A stretch of DNA of 64,000 nt, from the NCBI GenBank assembly GCA_019310385.1, contig JAFDEK010000001.1, forward strand, positions 66,997-130,996, read 5' to 3'. The stretch's first letter is position 1. Each line of letters opens with the position of its first letter. Position numbers and translations under genes: made by a program. Below are positions 27,219 to 35,607 of this stretch, one piece after another. A model generated the notes under the pieces. The model was not told the DNA's origin and did not search any database. It was given only the letters and a program-made list of their open reading frames with translations. The DNA is from Deltaproteobacteria bacterium. GTDB taxonomy: Bacteria > Myxococcota_A > UBA9160 > UBA4427.

Positions 27219-28199
27219 CTACTCGCGCTCGAGGATCGCGGCCTCGTCCGGCGGGTCTTCAGCCTCGCCGGCACTCCCACCGCCGCCGAAGCTGCCATCC
27301 GCATCCTCGTCGGCGGCCGCGAAGCGGTCCGCATGCGTATCCTCGCTCCCGGCCGCGAAGCGGCCCGCATGCGTATCCTCGTCGGCGAATGGTGAGTATG
27401 GCTCCTCCCCGTGCCCAAAGCGGGAGAGCGTGCTCTGCGGTGGGCTCTCGGCGTCGCCCTCGAAGACCGCCTCCGCGAGAGCGCCTTCGCTCGCAGCCTC
27501 CGCAGGGAACACCTCGCTGGATTCCGGCTCTTCGCTCTCAGCGAGCGGAGAGGCATCCGGCTGCGCGTCCGGATCCGTCGCCAGCGCCGGCCCATCCCCG
27601 TCCTGCGGTCCTTCGACGGCGTCGAGGCCGAGCACCTCGTCGGGGTTCTCGATTCCCCGTTCCCGGGCGATCTCCTCGAGCTCGCGCAGGGTCGGCAGAC
27701 CGCCGAGAGATTCGAGGCCGAACACCTCCAGGAAGCGTCGCGTGGTTCCATAGAGCATCGGGCGCCCGGGCACCTCGCGTTGGCCCGTGATGCGCAGCAG
27801 GTGTCGCTCCATCAGGCTCTTCATCACCGCGCCCACGTCCACGCCGCGCACCTGCTCCACCTCGCCTCGGGTCACGGGCTGCTTGTAGGCAACGATGGAG
27901 AGCGTCTCCAGTGCGGGGCGGGACAGCCTCAGGGGGCGGTGCTTCTGCAGCTGCTGCAGATAGCCCGAGAACTCCGCGCGGGTGCGCAGCTGATAGCCCC
28001 CTGCCACCTCCCAGATCTCGAAGGAGCGCTCCTGCTCCTCGTACTGCTCGTTGAGCTCCCCCACCAGCTGCTTCGCGAGCGAGGGTGTGCAGTCCGGCAC
28101 GATCTGCGCGATACGCGCGGCGGAAATGGGCTCGGGTGAAGCCAGCACCAAGGCCTCCACGACTTTGCGCTGCTCGGAACCTTCCATGGCATCCCTCAC
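27219..28199 (-). CDS. scpB: Segregation and condensation protein B with long acidic C-terminal extension
   Basis: VEALVLASPEPISAARIAQI, GGYQLRTRAEF, LSRPALETLSIVAYKQPVTRGEVEQVRGV and GRPMLYGTTRRFLEVFGL. The start overlaps the scpA stop. Confidence 0.85.
   Translation of the reverse strand: MRDAMEGSEQRKVVEALVLASPEPISAARIAQIVPDCTPSLAKQLVGELNEQYEEQERSFEIWEVAGGYQLRTRAEFSGYLQQLQKHRPLRLSRPALETLSIVAYKQPVTRGEVEQVRGVDVGAVMKSLMERHLLRITGQREVPGRPMLYGTTRRFLEVFGLESLGGLPTLRELEEIARERGIENPDEVLGLDAVEGPQDGDGPALATDPDAQPDASPLAESEEPESSEVFPAEAASEGALAEAVFEGDAESPPQSTLSRFGHGEEPYSPFADEDTHAGRFAAGSEDTHADRFAAADEDADGSFGGGGSAGEAEDPPDEAAILERE
27301..27386. repeat. About 2.4 x 36-nt near-perfect tandem repeat inside the scpB 3' extension
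   Basis: GGCCGCGAAGCGG(T/C)CCGCATGCGTATCCTCG... at 27315-27350 and 27351-27386, with a partial copy before. Encodes EDTHA(D/G)RFAA twice. Confidence 0.85.
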
Positions 28200-29134
28200 A
28201 TGAGTTCGCTGATGCGTTCGTCCCAGCCTCGGGGATCGTCGTCCACGGTCGGCCGCAGCCGAATCGAACCCTCGGGCGCTCCATCGTCGCTCACGCCTTG
28301 ATAGAGGTGCAGCGCAGCCAGGCGCGCCAGCTCGAGGATCGCGAGGAAGGTAGCCACGAGCACCGGCCGTGACGGGGCGCGTCCATCGGCGTTCAGGAAG
28401 ACCTGGGTGAACTCGATGGAATCGGCGCCGCGCAAGATCGTCATCACGGTCAGCATCCGATCGCGAACCGTCACGGTCTCGATCTCGACCTCATGGACCT
28501 GGGCGCCGGCCGGTGCGTTCTCGAGAACCTGGCGGAAGGCTTCGATGAGCTCGAAGAGACCGACCTCGAGCTCGCGCTCCGCCTCGGACGGAGCCTCGAG
28601 ACCCGTGCGCTGTACGCGAAAAACGTCGCGCCCGAGCAGCCGGCGGCGTGAGAGATCCTCCGCGACCTCCTTGTAGCGCTGATACTCGAGCAGCCGCGCC
28701 ACGAGCTCCGCGCGCGGATCGATGCCCTCTTCCTCTTCTTCCTCGTCGGCCGGCGGCAGCAGCATGCGCGACTTGATGTGCGCGAGCGAGGCGGCCATCA
28801 CGAGATACTCACCCGCAACGTCCAGGTCGAGCTCGCGCATGATCTCGAGGTAGTCGAGGTACTGCCGGGCAATCAACACGACGGGGATGTCGGTGATCTC
28901 GACCTCGTTCTGCCGGATCAGGTGCAGCAGCAGGTCGAGAGGCCCCTCGAAGACCGGGAGCTTCACCGCATAGCAGCCGCCCTCGGGAATCAGCGACGGC
29001 TCCTCGTCTCCGAGCACGCCGTGCAACTCCCCATCCGCGCCCATACCCTTCAGGGTGCCAGGCGTATCCGCGCCCGCGCCCTTCAGGGTGCCAGGCGTAT
29101 CCTCGCCCGCGCCCGAGGCCTCGTCGAAGCTCAT
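28196..29134 (-). CDS. scpA: Segregation and condensation protein A
   Basis: FEGPLDLLLHLIRQNEVEITDIPVVLIARQYLDYL and GEYLVMAASLAHIKSRMLLP. Confidence 0.85.
   Translation of the reverse strand: MSFDEASGAGEDTPGTLKGAGADTPGTLKGMGADGELHGVLGDEEPSLIPEGGCYAVKLPVFEGPLDLLLHLIRQNEVEITDIPVVLIARQYLDYLEIMRELDLDVAGEYLVMAASLAHIKSRMLLPPADEEEEEEGIDPRAELVARLLEYQRYKEVAEDLSRRRLLGRDVFRVQRTGLEAPSEAERELEVGLFELIEAFRQVLENAPAGAQVHEVEIETVTVRDRMLTVMTILRGADSIEFTQVFLNADGRAPSRPVLVATFLAILELARLAALHLYQGVSDDGAPEGSIRLRPTVDDDPRGWDERISELM
29046..29111. repeat. 2 x 33-nt tandem repeat (one mismatch) inside the scpA 5' end
   Basis: CCCTTCAGGGTGCCAGGCGTATCC(G/T)CGCCCGCG at 29046-29078 and 29079-29111. Encodes GADTPGTLKG twice. Confidence 0.9.
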
Positions 29135-29266
29135 GGCGCCTCCGTGCGGACCCCTACTGAGACGCCATGTGCGCCCGTCGAGTCCTTGGTCATCCGCTGG
29201 CCTGCTGGGGGAGTACGGGACCCCAGTATGAGCGATCGGCGAATCCCGGGCAACGTCTGCCGCTGG

Positions 29267-30745
29267 TCATTTCGCGGGTCGCGCGGGACGGCCCGCACGG
29301 GCTGCAGCTCGTTTGCGTCCCGCGGGACGCCGAGGTCGGCTGCGCCGCTCCAGCTCCCGGGCCAGGGCCAGGGCCTCCTCCCGGTTCGCGACACCGCCGT
29401 CGAGATAGGCGCTGCGGATGCGCGCCAGTACGCGCCCGACAGCGGGCCCCGATATACCGAGCTCGACGAGATCACGACCGCTCACCGGCGAGCGCCGTCC
29501 GCGGTCCTCGGCGGCCCAGCGAACGATGCGCCGGCGCAGCGCCGGCGGCGACGATGCGAAGAGTGCATAGAGGCGTTCCTCGTCGAGATCGCTGAGCACC
29601 TCGTCCACCGCGCCGCGCCCGCGCGCCACCGCGAGCTTGCGCAGCCAACCGTCGCGATCCGATGCGAAGCTGCAGATCCGCTTGGAGAGCTCGCCCCGCA
29701 CCGAGAAGCGTCTCACCGTGCGCCGGCGCAGCCCCGGCGGCAGGGCCGCCAGCCACAGGCAGAGCCCGGCCGCCCACGGGCGCATGCGCGGTGCGCGCCA
29801 CTGGGGCTCGGCGAGCTCCCTGCCCAGGCGCCGCAGGGGCGCGACCGCGTCCCGGGGCAGCTCGAGGCCCGGCTCGAGGGCCGACAGCACGTGCCACTCG
29901 TCCAGCCGACGCAGGGCTTCCGCCGGATTCACGCCGCGCCCCGAGTCCTCGAAGAGCTTTTCGATCTCCCGGCGCAGGCGGTCACCGCTGACGGAACCGA
30001 AGACGCCGTCGCGCAGGGCATCGCGCAGCAGCTTGCGGCTGCCGCGCGAGAGGCGGAAGCCGAGGCGAGCGGCCAGACGGGCGGCACGCAGCGCACGGGT
30101 CGGATCATCGTGGAAGCTGCGGTCGTGGAGCACGCGCAGGGCCCGCGCCGCGAGATCGGCGCGTCCGTCTGCGAGATCGATGAGCTCTGACGCCTCGCCC
30201 CGCCCGGCACCGTTCAGCCGGATCGCCATGGCGTTGACACTGAAGTCCCGGCGATGGAGATCCTCCTCCAGGGTCCCCGGCGCCACCTCGGGCAATGCTC
30301 CTGGGCGCGCATACGCCTCGCGTCGCAGGGTCGCGAGGTCCATGCTCTCGGGCTCCGACTTCACCGTCACCGTACCGAAGCGGTCGTGGACGACCACCTC
30401 GAGACCGGCCGCCTCCGCGACCGCCCGCCCGATCGTTTCGGCCTCCGACTCGCCTGCACTCTTGGCGCCGCCCTCGCGTTCGCCCTTACCCTCGCCCTCG
30501 CCCCCGCCGTCGCCGTCGCCGTCGACCTTGCCCTCGCCCTCGCCCTCGCCGTCGCCCGTGCCCTTGCCCGCAACCATGAGGTCCACGTCGAGCACCGCCC
30601 GCTCGAGGAGCAGGTCCCGCACGGGCCCTCCCACCAGGTAGACGACGGCGCCGCGGGCGTCGGCCTCGGAGCAGGCCCGCTCGACCAGGGGGCGCACGTC
30701 GATGGGGAGCGCAGCGAACACCTTTTCGCGAGAAACCCGGCTCAC
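29267..30745 (-). CDS. Second class II nucleotidyltransferase (poly(A) polymerase / CCA-adding family, no HD domain) with low-complexity insertion
   Basis: LVGGPVRDLLL, DVDLMV, RRDFSVNAMA and FHDDPTRALRAARLAARLGF. About 40 extra residues (GKGTGDGEGEGEGKVDGDGDGGGEGEGKGEREGGAKSAGESE, nt ~30437-30568) lie between the DxD motif and the FGTV strand. Confidence 0.75.
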   Translation of the reverse strand: MSRVSREKVFAALPIDVRPLVERACSEADARGAVVYLVGGPVRDLLLERAVLDVDLMVAGKGTGDGEGEGEGKVDGDGDGGGEGEGKGEREGGAKSAGESEAETIGRAVAEAAGLEVVVHDRFGTVTVKSEPESMDLATLRREAYARPGALPEVAPGTLEEDLHRRDFSVNAMAIRLNGAGRGEASELIDLADGRADLAARALRVLHDRSFHDDPTRALRAARLAARLGFRLSRGSRKLLRDALRDGVFGSVSGDRLRREIEKLFEDSGRGVNPAEALRRLDEWHVLSALEPGLELPRDAVAPLRRLGRELAEPQWRAPRMRPWAAGLCLWLAALPPGLRRRTVRRFSVRGELSKRICSFASDRDGWLRKLAVARGRGAVDEVLSDLDEERLYALFASSPPALRRRIVRWAAEDRGRRSPVSGRDLVELGISGPAVGRVLARIRSAYLDGGVANREEALALARELERRSRPRRPAGRKRAAARAGRPARPAK

Positions 30746-31701
30746 CGGGACGCCCTCCTGCGCCCGCTGCCACGCGGGTGATGTTCCTCTACGGTGTCGC
30801 GCAGCTTGCCACGGCTGACATGGGTATAGATCTCGGTGGTCGAGAGATCTGCGTGTCCCAGCATCGCCTGGATCGAACGCAGATCAGCGCCTCCCTCGAG
30901 CAGATCGGTCGCGAAGGCGTGACGCAGCACGTGGGGCGAGACCCGTTCCTTCGGGATACCCGCCTTCAGCGCGAGCTTGCGCAGCATGGCGAAGAAGTTC
31001 TGGCGGGTCATGCCGCTTCCCCGCCGAGAGAGGAAGACCGCGTGGCCGCGATCGGGTCGGTCCCCGAGCAGCTGCGGGCGTGCCCGCTCGAGGTACTGCT
31101 CCAGTGCATCCATGGCCGCGCGGCCCACGGGAACCACACGCTCGTGTCCTCCCTTCCCCACGACTCGCAGCAGCGCCCCCCTGCGATCGACACCGGAGAG
31201 GGGCAGACCCACCAGCTCGCTCACCCTGAGCCCGGCGCCGTAGAGAACTTCCACCATGGCCCGGTCGCGCAGCCCCATGGGCGTGGCGGCGTCGACGGCG
31301 GCCAGCAGCTTGCCGGTCTCCTCCGGGCTCAACACCCGCGGCAGGGTCTTGGGCAGTCGCGGGGACTGCACGCCCTCGACAGGGTCGCCCTCGAGCAAAC
31401 CCTCGAGCTCGAGGAAGCGCAGCAGTCGACGGACGGCCACGAGGGCCCGGGCGCGGCTGCGCGCTCCCAGTCCCTCCCGCTCCAGGCTCTCCAGGAAGGC
31501 GCTCACGTGGCTGCGCCGCAGCTGCCTCAGCGGCAGGTCCTGCAGTGGAGCCGCGAAGCGGGCGAGGTCGCGCCCGTAGGCCTCGACGGTATTGAGAGCG
31601 AGTCCCCGCTCCAGGCGCGCGTGTCTCAGGTAGGCGTCGACGGCCGCATGGAGCTCGCCCTCGGACGCGGCGCGGTCAGCCACCCGGCTTCTCGTCGCCA
31701 T
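30742..31701 (-). CDS. xerD: Tyrosine recombinase XerD
   Basis: Closely parallels E. coli XerD: LRDRAMVEVLYGAGLRVSELVGL, GKGGHERVVPVG, MTRQNFFAMLRKLALKAGI, SPHVLRHAFATDLLEGGADLRSIQAMLGHADLSTTEIYTHV and a terminal HHPRG. The start may be a few codons downstream, because the listed start overlaps glnD by 26 nt. Confidence 0.85.
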   Translation of the reverse strand: MATRSRVADRAASEGELHAAVDAYLRHARLERGLALNTVEAYGRDLARFAAPLQDLPLRQLRRSHVSAFLESLEREGLGARSRARALVAVRRLLRFLELEGLLEGDPVEGVQSPRLPKTLPRVLSPEETGKLLAAVDAATPMGLRDRAMVEVLYGAGLRVSELVGLPLSGVDRRGALLRVVGKGGHERVVPVGRAAMDALEQYLERARPQLLGDRPDRGHAVFLSRRGSGMTRQNFFAMLRKLALKAGIPKERVSPHVLRHAFATDLLEGGADLRSIQAMLGHADLSTTEIYTHVSRGKLRDTVEEHHPRGSGRRRASR

Positions 31702-34405
31702 CGCGGGCGGCCTCCAAGAGATCCGCCTGGAGCCGGCGGATCAGCTTCGTATCCGTCACCTTCTTGCCCTCAGGAGTCTTGAGGTAGAAGGTGTCCGTGA
31801 CCTGATCCCGAATCGTGGCCGCCTTGGAGATGTAGATGCTGAGGCCGTAGCGGGCGATGGTCCTGGTCAAGTCGTAGAGCAGACCCGGTCGATCGTCCGC
31901 CGCCACGTCGGCGATGGTGTAGAACTCGGACTCCGCGTTGGAAACCATGGCGCTCGGCTCCTTGCGCGACGGCGGCAGGGTCCTGCCCACGGGCCGCCCT
32001 CTGCGGGTGATCAGCTCGCCCACCTCGGCCTCGCCTGCGAGAACCTGCTCCAGGACGCCCTCGAAGTGCCTCCAGGCCAGGTCTCGCTCCTCCCGCCCCC
32101 CGCTCGGAGTGGTGACGCGATAGATCTCCAGTGCGAATCCCGTGCGCGAGGTATAGACGTGGGAGCCGAGGATGTTGACCCCGCACGCGGTGAGGGCTCC
32201 AGCGACCCTGGAGTAGAGCCCGTGGACGTCCTCGACGCAGAGGATGAACTCGGTGAAGTCGCCCCGGATCACGCGAAAAGCCGTGGAGATGCGCCGCTCG
32301 CCCCCGAAGCGCACGACCACCTTGGCGTGGCGCGCGATCTGCCGCGGCGTATGGGATATGAAGTAGCGCCGGGGCATGGCGTCGAAGAAGGAGTGGATCT
32401 TCGACTCGGCCACGCCCAGGCCCCTGAGCTCGGCCAACGCGCTGTCTCTCCGCACCTCGACCCGCCGCTCGGTGAGCGCCATGGCCGCAGCCTGGTCCTT
32501 GGCGCCGGTCTCGAGGAACTCGGCGGTTCGTTCGAAGAGCTCGCCGAGCAGCTGCCCCTTCCAGTCGGTCCACGCGTCGCGCGAAGAGGCGCGGATGTCC
32601 GCGAAGGTCGTCAGATAGAGGTTTCGCAGGTTCGTGCGGTCTCCGCAGACCTGGGCGAATTGCAGGATGAGCTTGGGGTCCGAGAGGTCCCGGCGCTGGG
32701 CGATGTGGGACATCAGCAGATGGTGCTCCACCAGGAAGATCACCCGATCCACCCGCTCCGGCGACATCCCGAGGCGCTCCACGCAGGGCCGGGCGCGCTT
32801 GGCACCCTTCGCAGAGTGATGGCCCCCGAAGCCCTTTCCGATGTCGTGGAGCAGGCAGCCGAGATAGAGCGCCTCGCGGTCCTCGACGGCGTGCATGAGA
32901 TCCGTGAGGGCGGGCAACATGGCCTCGTACTTGCCCTGCCAGAGCCGGCGCAGCTCCTCGACGAGAAAGATCGAGTGCACGTCCACCGTGTAGGTGTGGT
33001 AGATCACGTGCTGCCAGCGGCAGACGATATGCTCCCACTCCGGCAGGTACGCTGCGAGCAGGCCCTCCTCGTTCATCGTGGTCAGCGTTCGCATCACCCG
33101 GTGATCGCCCTTGAGCAGACCCAGGAAGCAGGCGCCGTTTTCCGGGTTGCTGCGGAATGCGTCATCGACCAGGTCGAGGTTCTCCCGCAGCAGGCGACGC
33201 GCCATGCGAGAGAGCGGCATCTTGTACTTCTGCGCCACCTCGAAGACGCTGATCAGGCGCAGCGGCCGCTCGCGCAGGTGGCCCGCATGGGGAATCTCGA
33301 CCTGTCCGCTGGCGAGACGGAAGCCGTCTTCCACCTCCTGCTGGTCCCGCGGCCCCCTCGAGGCCGATGAGCGCGTCGTCCGGGCCATGCACTGTTCGAT
33401 GACGAGGTCCGAGTAGTTCTTGATGTTGCGCGCAGCCAGGTAGTAGTCGCGCATGAAGCACTCGACGGGCAGCTCCGCCTGCTCGGGCTCCGCGGATCCG
33501 TAGCCGAGCCCCTCGGCGACCTGCTCCTGCAGCTCGAAGCTCATCTGATCGTCACAACGACGCGCCAGCAGGTGCAGCTCGTTGCGCGCCCTCCAGAGGA
33601 ACTCCAGCGCTCCGTGGTACTCGCGCATCTCGGGCTCGGTCAACAGACCGAAGTGGAGAAAGTCCTCGTGGTCGCGGATGGTGGGCTGGCTGCCCCGGGC
33701 GACCCAGAAGGCCGTGTGGTAGTCGCGCAGCGCGCCAGCCCCCTCCTTGATGTTGGGCTGTAGTAGGAAGAGCGACTCGCCGTACTGCAGGTGGCGCGCG
33801 CTCATGTTCTCGATGCGCGAGCGGATGAACTCCTCGGTGTCGGGGAGCAGCTCGCCGCGAATGGTGTCCGCGAACTCGTGAAAGAACTCCCCGTCGCCAC
33901 ACAGGAAGCGGGCGGTGAGGACCGCGGTGCGAACCGTGTCGTCCTCCTGCCCGAGCGCCACCGTGTCCGCGATGGTACGCGTCGCGCAGCCCACGCTCAG
34001 CCCGGCGTCCCACAGCCAGTACTGCAGGCGCTCCGCGACGGCAGTGACGTAGGGGGAGAGCTCGTCGCGATAGAGGACGAGAAGATCCACATCCGAGTGG
34101 ATCGACATCTCCCGTCGCGCATAGCCTCCCACGGCCACCACCACGAGCCCCGTCTCGATCTCGCCGCCTTCGTCCAGTACCCGCTCCTCGGCCAGACTGA
34201 AGAGTCGGCGCACGAGGCGGTCGGTGAGGTCCGAGTTCGCCTCATTGACGATCTGGCCCGAATCGGGCTTCCGGTGCAGGGACGCGAGGTGCTCCCGGAC
34301 GACCTCGACGTAGGCGCGGACCCGGGACGGCACCTCGAGATCCGGCGCGCTCCCGGCCGCGCCCAGGTCGCGCAGATGCTCGTCGATGGAGGGGACGGCG
34401 CTCAC
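31676..34405 (-). CDS. glnD: [Protein-PII] uridylyltransferase / uridylyl-removing enzyme
   Basis: Nucleotidyltransferase motif GGYARREMSIHSDVDLLVLY, HD domain LLHDIGKG, and two C-terminal ACT domains (FILCVEDVHGLYSRVAGALTACGVNI; VAADDRPGLLYDLTRTIARYGLSI). 909 aa. Confidence 0.9.
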   Translation of the reverse strand: MSAVPSIDEHLRDLGAAGSAPDLEVPSRVRAYVEVVREHLASLHRKPDSGQIVNEANSDLTDRLVRRLFSLAEERVLDEGGEIETGLVVVAVGGYARREMSIHSDVDLLVLYRDELSPYVTAVAERLQYWLWDAGLSVGCATRTIADTVALGQEDDTVRTAVLTARFLCGDGEFFHEFADTIRGELLPDTEEFIRSRIENMSARHLQYGESLFLLQPNIKEGAGALRDYHTAFWVARGSQPTIRDHEDFLHFGLLTEPEMREYHGALEFLWRARNELHLLARRCDDQMSFELQEQVAEGLGYGSAEPEQAELPVECFMRDYYLAARNIKNYSDLVIEQCMARTTRSSASRGPRDQQEVEDGFRLASGQVEIPHAGHLRERPLRLISVFEVAQKYKMPLSRMARRLLRENLDLVDDAFRSNPENGACFLGLLKGDHRVMRTLTTMNEEGLLAAYLPEWEHIVCRWQHVIYHTYTVDVHSIFLVEELRRLWQGKYEAMLPALTDLMHAVEDREALYLGCLLHDIGKGFGGHHSAKGAKRARPCVERLGMSPERVDRVIFLVEHHLLMSHIAQRRDLSDPKLILQFAQVCGDRTNLRNLYLTTFADIRASSRDAWTDWKGQLLGELFERTAEFLETGAKDQAAAMALTERRVEVRRDSALAELRGLGVAESKIHSFFDAMPRRYFISHTPRQIARHAKVVVRFGGERRISTAFRVIRGDFTEFILCVEDVHGLYSRVAGALTACGVNILGSHVYTSRTGFALEIYRVTTPSGGREERDLAWRHFEGVLEQVLAGEAEVGELITRRGRPVGRTLPPSRKEPSAMVSNAESEFYTIADVAADDRPGLLYDLTRTIARYGLSIYISKAATIRDQVTDTFYLKTPEGKKVTDTKLIRRLQADLLEAARDGDEKPGG

Positions 34406-35607
34406 TTCGGCTCCTCCAGTGCGATCTGGCGCCCGGCGTCCCGGTAGCGGCTGAGGCCCTCGGCCATCGAGCTGGCGAGGGTGCTCAGGTACTTCTCGTT
34501 GCGCAGCAGCTTCGCGTCGCCACGATTGGTGAGGAAGCCCGTCTCCACCAGGATGGACGGCATGCTCGAGAGGAAGAGAACATAGAAGGGGCCCTGCTTG
34601 ACGCCGAGATCCCGCACGCCCTTGTAACGATGCTCCACGGCGGGAACCATGGCGTCGTGCACGTAGCTCGCCAGGCGGCTCGAGTGGCTCGAGGCCTCGG
34701 AGATCCGCAGGCGGGCCAGGGTGCGCTGGAGCGAATCGAGCTCGCCACGGGAGACGCCGTTCTCGCGGGCGGCCACGTCGAGGCTGTGGCGCTCGTGGTT
34801 CTGATCGAGGTAGTAGATCTCGATACCCCGGGTCTTCTTGCGGCGCGACGCGTTGGCGTGGATCGAAACGAAGAGGTCCCCCCTGGCCGCCTCGGCGACC
34901 ACGGTGCGCTCTTCGAGGCTGAGGAAGCGATCGTCGGTGCGCGTGTAGACTACGTTGAAACCGCGCTGCTTCAGCTCCTTGCCGACGAGTCGCGACAAGC
35001 GCAGGTTGATGTCCTTTTCGCGCAGCCCCCCCACCCCGATGGCGCCGGGGTCCTTGCCGCCGTGGCCCGCATCGATCACGACGATCTGCACGGGCCGCAG
35101 CGGCATGGAGAGCCGCGAATCATTGGAGCGCCCCGGCGCAGGCCAGCGCAGCTGCTCGGGACTCGACCGGTCCCCGTAGACGTCGATCACGACGCGATGG
35201 GGCGATCTGAGGGTGAGCAGCCGGTGGTGCTGGTAACGCTCGAGGTCGATCACGAGACGCGTCTTCGTCAAGGTGTTCTGCCCCAGACGCACGTCCTTGA
35301 GCAGGCCGTCTTCGATGGGAATGCCCTCGACGTAGTCCCGGCCCACCCAGATGCCGTCGAGATCCAGGTAGAGCCGCTCGGGACGTTTCGCCCCCGCGTC
35401 TGCGGCGAGGCGTTTCACCTCGGTCTCGACGGGCCGCGTCAGCTCCACCACCACTCGGGTGTAGTCGGGATAGGACCAGGTTCGCACCTCGGCCACATCG
35501 CCGAGCCCATCGGGCCGCTTCACTCCCAGCGTGAAGGGAAGCAAGAGCAGCAGCAGCAGCAGCGGCCCGGTGCCCATGCGGGCTTCGCCCCCGATTCGCG
35601 CGCTCAC
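34402..35607 (-). CDS. N-acetylmuramoyl-L-alanine amidase (AMIN domain + Amidase_3)
   Basis: Signal peptide, AMIN-like region (YTRVVVELTRPV...RLYLDLDG), and catalytic region VVIDAGHGGKDPGAIG...FVSIHANA...ILVETGFLTN. Confidence 0.85.
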   Translation of the reverse strand: MSARIGGEARMGTGPLLLLLLLLPFTLGVKRPDGLGDVAEVRTWSYPDYTRVVVELTRPVETEVKRLAADAGAKRPERLYLDLDGIWVGRDYVEGIPIEDGLLKDVRLGQNTLTKTRLVIDLERYQHHRLLTLRSPHRVVIDVYGDRSSPEQLRWPAPGRSNDSRLSMPLRPVQIVVIDAGHGGKDPGAIGVGGLREKDINLRLSRLVGKELKQRGFNVVYTRTDDRFLSLEERTVVAEAARGDLFVSIHANASRRKKTRGIEIYYLDQNHERHSLDVAARENGVSRGELDSLQRTLARLRISEASSHSSRLASYVHDAMVPAVEHRYKGVRDLGVKQGPFYVLFLSSMPSILVETGFLTNRGDAKLLRNEKYLSTLASSMAEGLSRYRDAGRQIALEEPK

